Source: Solirubrobacteraceae bacterium
GTDB lineage: Bacteria > Actinomycetota > Thermoleophilia > Solirubrobacterales > Solirubrobacteraceae
Reading direction: 5' to 3'
Length of the DNA: 24,643 nt
NCBI GenBank assembly: GCA_034664705.1
Contig: JAXDHC010000064.1
Span: 1-24,643 of the forward strand
Shown: positions 18,951 to 24,643 of the stretch, in pieces
Layout: every line of letters begins with the position of its first letter
Position numbering within the stretch: the stretch's first letter is position 1
Notes under the pieces: model-generated
The model's database searches: none
What the model saw: the letters and a program-made list of their open reading frames with translations, nothing else
Told to the model about the DNA's origin: nothing
Made by a program: the position numbers and the translations under genes

Positions 18951-18982
18951 CACCGTTCGTCGTGCACGACGCACCGTTCGTC
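18951..18982. promoter_or_regulatory. Composite operator-like element
   Basis: 11-bp direct repeat CACCGTTCGTC at 18951 and 18972 (21-bp period) overlapping the perfect 14-bp palindrome CGTCGTGCACGACG (18958-18971). Confidence 0.45.
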
Positions 18983-19048
18983 CAGCCCCGGCGCGTGATC
19001 TTCAAGGCACGCCATCGCGGCGCCGATACGACTCGGACACCAGAGCAG

Positions 19049-19213
19049 CCCTTCTCACTCAGGACACCCTCGTCGCGAGGCGCGTCCTCAGAGTCAGGGG
19101 ACTCCACCGGAGTCCGCCGGGCCACCGAAGGGCGCCACCGTGCCGACCGCTCGCATGAGCGGTCCGTGGCGGCCGCAGGAAACGTCGGACGGGCTGCTCG
19201 CCCATAAGGGAGG
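19049..19213 (+). other. Structured non-coding leader (four stem-loops) preceding the RBS of the DUF3494 gene
   Basis: Stems: 19057-19094 (ACTC/GAGT, AGGAC/GTCCT, CCTCG/CGAGG), 19099-19115 (GGACTCC/GGAGTCC), 19134-19170 (GCCAC/GTGGC, GACCGCTC/GAGCGGTC), 19191-19203; RBS AAGGGAGG at 19206-19213. No RNA family recognised. Confidence 0.45.
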
Positions 19214-19219
19214 ACGATC

Positions 19220-20410
19220 ATGTCCCGCCCCACCCCCCATCTCGTGCGCGTCAGGCGCGCAGGCATCGCGCTCGCCGCCGTGGGCCTCGCGCTCGTCGCC
19301 GTTCCGGTCGCCGCGCAGGCCGCGCCCGTGAACCTGGCCACCGTCGCTCCCTTCGTGGTGCTCGGCGGCGCCACCGTGACGAACACCGGTCCGTCCGTGC
19401 TCAACGGCGATCTCGGCGTCGCCCCCGGGACGGCGCTCCCCGGCTTCGGCCTCCCGGCCGTGGTCAACGGAGCCACACATGCCAACGACGCCGTCGCCAA
19501 CCAGGCGCAGGCCGACCTCACGGTCGCCTACGACGTCGCGGCGGCGCAGCCGCTGACGGCGGACCTGTCCGGCACGGACCTCGGCAACCGGACGCTGACC
19601 ACCGGTGCCTATCGGTACACGTCCAGCGCGCAGCTCACCGGTGCTCTCACGCTCGACGCCCAGGGCGACCCCAACGCCCAGTTCGTCTTCCAGGTGGCCT
19701 CGGCGCTGACCACCGCATCGGCCAGCTCGGTGGTGCTGATCAACGGCGCCTCCCCGTGCAACGTGTTCTGGCAGGTCGGTACCTCCGCGACCCTGGGCAG
19801 CACCACGGCCTTCCAGGGCAACCTGATGGCGCTCGCGTCGATCTCGCTGAACAACGCGGCGACCGTCGTCGGTCGCGTGCTCGCCCGCAACGGCCAGGTC
19901 AGCCTGATCAACAACGTGCTCACCGCGTCCACGTGTGCCACCGCCCCCACGACGGCGACCACGCCCGGCACGACGACGCCCGGCACCACGGCGCCGACCA
20001 CGACGACGACGAGCGGCGGTGGGCCGCCCGCGGGCGCCACCCAGCGCCGACCCGGCACTGAGGCGAGGCTCCCGGGCCGCAACGGCACGGCGCTCCTGCG
20101 GCGCACCTCGATCCGCGGGGGGACGCCGCTGCGGGCGACGCCGCCCGGTGGCTGCACCGCCGGCTTCCGCGCCGCCGTCCGCGGTCGCATGATCGCGCGC
20201 GTCGTCTTCAGCCTCGACGGCAGGCGCATCCGCAGCCGCGTCAGGTCGCCGTTCCAGGTGAGCGTGCGGGCGCTCCCCGGCGCGCACAAGGTCACGGCGC
20301 GCGTCACGTTCAAGGACACCACCCGCGCCAGGACCCTGACGCTGAAGTACCGCGCCTGCGCGGCCGCAGTGCTCAACCCGCGCAACGGCCCGTCGAAGTT
20401 CGCCGGATGA
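19220..20410 (+). CDS. Secreted ice-binding-family (DUF3494) protein with Thr-rich linker and C-terminal Ig-like domain
   Basis: Signal peptide ending AAQA; FVVLGGATVTNTGPSVLNGDLGV, AQADLTVAYD, DLGNRTLTTGAY, LTLDAQGDPNAQFVFQV, LINGASPCNVFWQVGTSATLG are DUF3494 hallmarks. Confidence 0.92.
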   Translation: MSRPTPHLVRVRRAGIALAAVGLALVAVPVAAQAAPVNLATVAPFVVLGGATVTNTGPSVLNGDLGVAPGTALPGFGLPAVVNGATHANDAVANQAQADLTVAYDVAAAQPLTADLSGTDLGNRTLTTGAYRYTSSAQLTGALTLDAQGDPNAQFVFQVASALTTASASSVVLINGASPCNVFWQVGTSATLGSTTAFQGNLMALASISLNNAATVVGRVLARNGQVSLINNVLTASTCATAPTTATTPGTTTPGTTAPTTTTTSGGGPPAGATQRRPGTEARLPGRNGTALLRRTSIRGGTPLRATPPGGCTAGFRAAVRGRMIARVVFSLDGRRIRSRVRSPFQVSVRALPGAHKVTARVTFKDTTRARTLTLKYRACAAAVLNPRNGPSKFAG

Positions 20411-21162
20411 GCCACGCCCCCCGCGACGTCCCGACACCCCCCGGCCTTCGCCGGGGGGTGTCGGCGTCGGCGGTGGCGCTCCTCCTCGCCGGCAGCGGCT
20501 GGCTCCTCGCCGCTCCGGCCGGCGCCGCGGGCTCCGGCGTGGCCGCGAGCCAGCCCCTGGTGGTGCTGCTGCACGATCACGTCGCCCGCACCGCGCCGAA
20601 GGTCACCGCGCGCCGGATCCGGCGGGTCGGCGCCCGGCGGCCGCTGACGAGCGTGCGAACCGTGCTCCCGGTGCTCGGCCGGCGCATCGGCAGCGACGGC
20701 AGCTCATGGCTGCACGTCCGCCTTCCCGGGCGGCCCAGCGGGCACACCGGCTGGATCCCCGCCGACCGCACCCGGCGCGCCTCCACTGCCTGGCACATCA
20801 CCATCGACCTCTCCGCCCGCCGGGTCACGGTGCACCACGACGGCCGCGCCGAACGCCGGTTCCGCGCGATCGTGGGCAAGCCCGCGACGCCGACGCCCAC
20901 CGGTGCGTTCTTCATCGAGGAGGCGCTCCGACTCTCGCCGGGCGCCGCCGGCGGGCCCTTCGCCCTGGCGACCAGCGCGCGATCGCGCGTCCTGCAGGAG
21001 TTCAACGGCGGGCCGGGCCAGATCGCGCTCCACGGGACCGACCACCTCTCGGGTGCGCTCGGGACCGCGGCCTCGCACGGCTGCGTCCGGCTCAGCCCCC
21101 GCGCCATCACGTGGCTGGCACGACGCATCGGCGCCGGAGTCCCGGTCACCGTCCAACGGTGA
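20407..21162 (+). CDS. Secreted L,D-transpeptidase (YkuD domain) with N-terminal SH3-like segment
   Basis: ITIDLSARRV, AIVGKPATPTPTGAF, IALHG and ASHGCVRL (catalytic His/Cys); WLHVRLPGRPSGHTGWI N-domain; ATGA overlap with the upstream gene. Confidence 0.92.
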   Translation: MSHAPRDVPTPPGLRRGVSASAVALLLAGSGWLLAAPAGAAGSGVAASQPLVVLLHDHVARTAPKVTARRIRRVGARRPLTSVRTVLPVLGRRIGSDGSSWLHVRLPGRPSGHTGWIPADRTRRASTAWHITIDLSARRVTVHHDGRAERRFRAIVGKPATPTPTGAFFIEEALRLSPGAAGGPFALATSARSRVLQEFNGGPGQIALHGTDHLSGALGTAASHGCVRLSPRAITWLARRIGAGVPVTVQR

Positions 21163-21414
21163 CGCGGCGCCAGACCGGCCCCGCGTCGCCCGGCGCTCCG
21201 CGCGCCGACACAGCAACCGATCCTTTGCTCACCGGCCACGCTTGGGGTAGTTCGGAACCAGGGCCGCGACGGTCCCGCAGGTCGCGCGCCCGTTCCCACT
21301 CCCCGAAGTCCTCGACGTCTGCCCCAGTCCGCGGGAGACCATGTACGACGCCGACGACAACGACCGGTAGATCCCGTGGCCTTCTTCACCGGAGGCCCCC
21401 GGCCGTAGCGTCAT

Positions 21415-21446
21415 GCCGGGACCGCATCCTCGGATGCGGACCCGGC
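21415..21446. terminator. Strong GC-rich hairpin, possible terminator or insulator
   Basis: GCCGGG-A-CCGCATCC-TC-GGATGCGG-A-CCCGGC; no U-tract, so the terminator role is unproven. Confidence 0.4.
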
Positions 21447-21464
21447 TGGCGCATCGCGTCGCAG

Positions 21465-21503
21465 TTGACGCCCCGCTGACGCCGCGCGGTCTACGCTGGC
21501 CGC
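21465..21503 (+). promoter_or_regulatory. Leaderless promoter with 11-bp-period TGACG direct repeats
   Basis: TGACG at 21466 and 21477; TACGCT at 21492-21497; GTG 6 nt later at 21504. Confidence 0.6.
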
Positions 21504-22427
21504 GTGACCGTCCCCGCGCCGCGTCGTGCCGCGCTCGCCGCCGGAGTCGCGCTCCTCGTGGGCGCGTGCGGCGGTCAGGGCGAGCGCTCCGGCCGGTCGC
21601 CCTCCACGGCTGCGGCGGCCCCGGCCGCCGCCACGACGCAGGCGCAGGCGCAGGCCTCATGTGCGCCCGCCGGCCTACGCGAGGTCGAGGGCGGGCTGCT
21701 GCGGATGCCGTCGGGTGCCCCGGCCGGAGCGACGCCGCTGTTGATCGTCGTCATCCCCGGCGGGCGCGGGGACCCGACCGATCGGCTCGGGGTCGGGACG
21801 GCGGCGAACCGCGCGGGCTTCGGGGTCCTCTACCCCACGTCGGCGGGCAGTGGCTTCTGGCCGCTCAACGACGCCCAGGGCACGTCCGACGTCACCGACG
21901 TCACGGCCCTGCTCGACCGGCAGATGGCGACCGGCTGCTTCGACGCGAACCGCGTCTCGATCACGGGCGTGTCGAACGGCGCCGGGTTCTCGGCGCGCAT
22001 GGCGTGCGAGCTGCCGGGCCGCTTCGCCGCGGTCGTGCCGGTCGCCGCGGGCTACCGGGCGCTCGACCCCTGTCCGGCGAGCGCCCGCGGCTCGTTCCTC
22101 GCCATCCACGGGACGGCCGACACCGTCGTGCCGTTCAACGGCAAGCGCCCCGACCGCAAGGGCAACGTGCCGCGCTACACGGCCCGCTGGGCGCGCCGCG
22201 ACGGCTGCTCGACACCGCCGCGCACGAGCACGCCGCGCCCGCTCGTGACGCGCTTCACCTACCGCGCCTGCGCCGCGGGCACGCGCGTCGAGCTGCTGCG
22301 CCTCTCCGGCACCGACCACGGCTGGCCGGGCGCCGGCCCGCCACTGCCCGACGACAACCCGTCGGGGCTGAGCGCCACGCGCGAGGTCGTGCGGTTCATC
22401 CGCGACGCGCGCCGGCCCGCGGGCTGA
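21504..22427 (+). CDS. Lipoprotein alpha/beta hydrolase, PHB-depolymerase/LpqC-like esterase
   Basis: Lipobox LVGAC; nucleophile ITGVSNG (GxSxG), AIHGTADTVVP (Asp), DHGWPG (His). Confidence 0.85.
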   Translation: MTVPAPRRAALAAGVALLVGACGGQGERSGRSPSTAAAAPAAATTQAQAQASCAPAGLREVEGGLLRMPSGAPAGATPLLIVVIPGGRGDPTDRLGVGTAANRAGFGVLYPTSAGSGFWPLNDAQGTSDVTDVTALLDRQMATGCFDANRVSITGVSNGAGFSARMACELPGRFAAVVPVAAGYRALDPCPASARGSFLAIHGTADTVVPFNGKRPDRKGNVPRYTARWARRDGCSTPPRTSTPRPLVTRFTYRACAAGTRVELLRLSGTDHGWPGAGPPLPDDNPSGLSATREVVRFIRDARRPAG

Positions 22428-22461
22428 GCGACCGGGCCCGCGCGGCCGACGGGCCGCGTCG

Positions 22462-22689
22462 CTACTGGTTCCAGTTGTCCGCGGTGACGTGCCCCTTCCG
22501 CGAGTTCTTGGCGCGGACGTCGTAGGCGTCCTGCGGGCGGCCCGTCTCGACCTCGGACGCCTGGACCTCCTCGCTGACGGGCGACCCCGGCGCGCCGGTG
22601 ACGTCGGGCGCCTGCTCCGAGCGCGCCTTCGCCTCCGCCTTCTTGCGCTCGACGGCCTCGGCGAAGCGCTCCTGCTGTTCGCGTTCCAT
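22462..22689 (-). CDS. Small charged hypothetical protein (75 aa)
   Basis: GC3-biased codons and Glu/Lys-rich composition unlike the Arg/Pro-rich shadow ORFs; fills the gap between two solid genes. Confidence 0.65.
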   Translation of the reverse strand: MEREQQERFAEAVERKKAEAKARSEQAPDVTGAPGSPVSEEVQASEVETGRPQDAYDVRAKNSRKGHVTADNWNQ

Positions 22690-22758
22690 GCCACCGCGCT
22701 ACCCGCCGCGGCGGTCACCGCCCGCGGCGACGTTGAGCGCGAACACTCCCCACGGCGT

Positions 22759-24360
22759 TCAGGACCGGCGCCTGGCGCGCGCCAGCGCAGCGGGCGCCGC
22801 CAGCGCCCGGCGCCGCTGGGCGTTGAGCGCGACGCGGGCGGCGTTGGCCCCCGGCCCGCCGTGCACGCCGCCGCCCGGATGGGCCGACGCCGAGGCCAGG
22901 TACAGGCGGGCGATCGGCGTCTCGGGCCGTCCGAAGCCCGGCGTCGGGCGGAAGATCGCCTGCTGGTGCAGCTGAGCGGTGCCGGCGTGCATGGAGCCGA
23001 GGTCGAGGTTGCGATCGAGCTCCTGGAAGCGCGCCGGGACGAGGATGTGGCGGTCGCGGATGAGGTCGCGGAACCCGGGCGCCAGAAGCTCGATGCGGTC
23101 CTCGATGCGCTCGGCGAACGCCTCCGCCTCGCGCGCGTCCCACGCGCCGGTGAGGTCGCCGCCGGCGTCGCCGCGGACCGCGCGGGGCACGTGCGTGTAG
23201 GCCCACGCGGTCTCCGTCCCCGGCGGCGAGCGGGTGGCGTCGACCATGCTGTACTGCCCCATGACGAGGAACGGCCTGGCGGGGAGCAGGCCGCGGACCA
23301 CCTGGCCGGCCCCGACCGTCAGCTCGTCGACGTCGTCGGCGACGTGGACGACGCCGGCGCGGCGCGCGTCGCCGGCCTCCCACGGGATCGGGGCCCCGAG
23401 CGCCCAGTCGACCTTCACGGTGGCCCAGTCGTACTGGAAGCGCCGCATGTCCTGGACCGTCCGCGCCGGCAGGTGCTCCTCGCCCACCATCGCGCCGTAG
23501 AGCACCGGCGCCGCGACGTCGGCGAGCACGGCCCGCGTCGCGTCGATGCGCTCCCCGCCGGCCAGCTCCACGCCGACGGCGACGCGGTCGCGGACGATCA
23601 CGCGGGCCACGGGCGCGTCGCAGCGCAGCGCCCCGCCCTTCGCGCGCAGGCGGCGCACGAGCGCGGCGGTCAGCTCGCCGGCGCCCCCGCGCGGCGTCGG
23701 GAACCCGTGCTCCTGGCCGAGGCAGGCGAGCAGCCAGCCGAACGCGCCCGACGGCGGCACCTCGGGCGACAGGTCGGCGTGCGCGGCGTTCCCGGCGAGC
23801 AGCCTCGCCCCGCCGTCGCCGCGGAACTCCTCCTCGGCGAGACGCCGCATGGGCAGCGAGAGCATCCGGGCGAACCGCACGAGGTCCCCGCGCAGCTCGG
23901 CGGCGATGCGCAGGCCCGGCCGGACCGGCGGCATCGGCGTCGTGAGCGACGCGACGATGTGCTCGCCGACGCGCTCCCACAGGCCGTACAGGCGCCGCCA
24001 CGCCTCGCCGTCGCCGGGCGCGAACGCGTCGAGCGAGGCCATCGTCTCCTCGATCCGGGGCGAGAGCACGACGCACGTGCCGTCCTGCGCCGGGTGGGCG
24101 ACGGCGAAGTCGCCGTGACACCAGCGCAGCCCGTAGGACGGGAGGTCGAGCGCGCGGAACGCCGGCGAGGCGACGACGAACGGGTAGAAGGCGCTGAACA
24201 GGTCGTGGCGGAAGCCCGGCTGCGTGAGCTCGGCGGTGCGCACGCCGCCGCCCGGCTCGGGCGCCGCCTCGAGGACGAGGACGTCCCAGCCGCGGTCGGC
24301 CAGCACGTTGGCGGCCACGAGGCCGTTCGGCCCTGCGCCGATCACGATCGCGTCGTGCAT
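22759..24360 (-). CDS. NAD(P)/FAD-dependent oxidoreductase, phytoene desaturase superfamily (COG1233-like)
   Basis: DAIVIGAGPNGLVAA Rossmann motif, GGGVRTAELTQPGFRHDLFSA, PRGGAGEL, RLYLASASAHPGGGVHGGPG. Confidence 0.9.
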   Translation of the reverse strand: MHDAIVIGAGPNGLVAANVLADRGWDVLVLEAAPEPGGGVRTAELTQPGFRHDLFSAFYPFVVASPAFRALDLPSYGLRWCHGDFAVAHPAQDGTCVVLSPRIEETMASLDAFAPGDGEAWRRLYGLWERVGEHIVASLTTPMPPVRPGLRIAAELRGDLVRFARMLSLPMRRLAEEEFRGDGGARLLAGNAAHADLSPEVPPSGAFGWLLACLGQEHGFPTPRGGAGELTAALVRRLRAKGGALRCDAPVARVIVRDRVAVGVELAGGERIDATRAVLADVAAPVLYGAMVGEEHLPARTVQDMRRFQYDWATVKVDWALGAPIPWEAGDARRAGVVHVADDVDELTVGAGQVVRGLLPARPFLVMGQYSMVDATRSPPGTETAWAYTHVPRAVRGDAGGDLTGAWDAREAEAFAERIEDRIELLAPGFRDLIRDRHILVPARFQELDRNLDLGSMHAGTAQLHQQAIFRPTPGFGRPETPIARLYLASASAHPGGGVHGGPGANAARVALNAQRRRALAAPAALARARRRS

Positions 24361-24361
24361 G

Positions 24362-24643
24362 TCAGCCCTCGACCTCTCCCGGCGGCCAGAACACCACGTC
24401 CTGGCGGCGCGCGTAGTGCAGCAGCGGCGGCTCGCCGAGCGCGACCCCGATCGGCTCGGCCATCGTGTTGACGCGGATGTCGGCCTCGGCGGGTCGCAGC
24501 GGCCAGGGCGGATGGTGGATGTCGGCGGTGAGCACGCGGCGGCGCCGGTCGCGCGTGTAGAGGCAGTAGCGCTCGACGAGCCAGTGGTCGAGCGTCCCGG
24601 GTTCGGCCGGCGCGGCCGGGCCCGTCGGGCGGTAGCGCGCCTC
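24362..24643 (-). CDS. DUF2071/YqjF-family protein, C-terminal part (start lies beyond the window)
   Basis: Own translation: EARYRPTGPAAPAEPGTLDHWLVERYCLYT...ADIHHPPWPLRPAEADIRVNTM...PLLHYARRQDVVFW. Stop TGA lies 1 nt before the next ATG. Confidence 0.85.
   Translation of the reverse strand, partial: EARYRPTGPAAPAEPGTLDHWLVERYCLYTRDRRRRVLTADIHHPPWPLRPAEADIRVNTMAEPIGVALGEPPLLHYARRQDVVFWPPGEVEG

Noticed and set aside
18900-21460. Mobile element or IS carrying the DUF3494-LDT pair
   Set aside because: No transposase or integrase, terminal inverted repeats or target-site duplication found by eye.
22759-24360. crtI / carotenoid biosynthesis
   Set aside because: Superfamily match only; no crtB or crtE neighbours, so no gene symbol assigned.

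Overview
Very GC-rich chromosomal window. The gene repertoire and style suggest an actinobacterium, most likely Thermoleophilia/Solirubrobacterales; this is inference, as there is no marker gene. About 22 credible CDS, and no rRNA, tRNA, CRISPR array or transposase. In order: an orphan AbiEi-antitoxin/DUF559 gene; a minus-strand methyl-transfer unit (GcvT-like protein, homocysteine S-methyltransferase fused to a class I SAM methyltransferase, GAF-LuxR regulator); a catabolic cluster (two orphan SsuA/THI5-type binding lipoproteins, VanR-like GntR, amidohydrolase_2 enzyme, maleate isomerase); thioesterase; membrane Ser/Thr kinase; secreted beta-propeller; HD-GYP protein; M15 peptidase; PadR plus ABC-2 exporter; MgrA/YghZ aldo-keto reductase; a DUF3494 ice-binding-like protein translationally coupled to an L,D-transpeptidase behind a structured leader; a lipoprotein esterase; a small protein; a phytoene-desaturase-family oxidoreductase; a partial DUF2071 gene. 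Best leads: (1) the DUF3494 + LDT pair with a C-terminal PSKFAG tail, a candidate LDT-based, sortase-independent cell-wall anchoring system; (2) the HMT-MTase fusion; (3) a base-for-base identical TGAC direct-repeat leaderless promoter geometry at two unlinked envelope genes.
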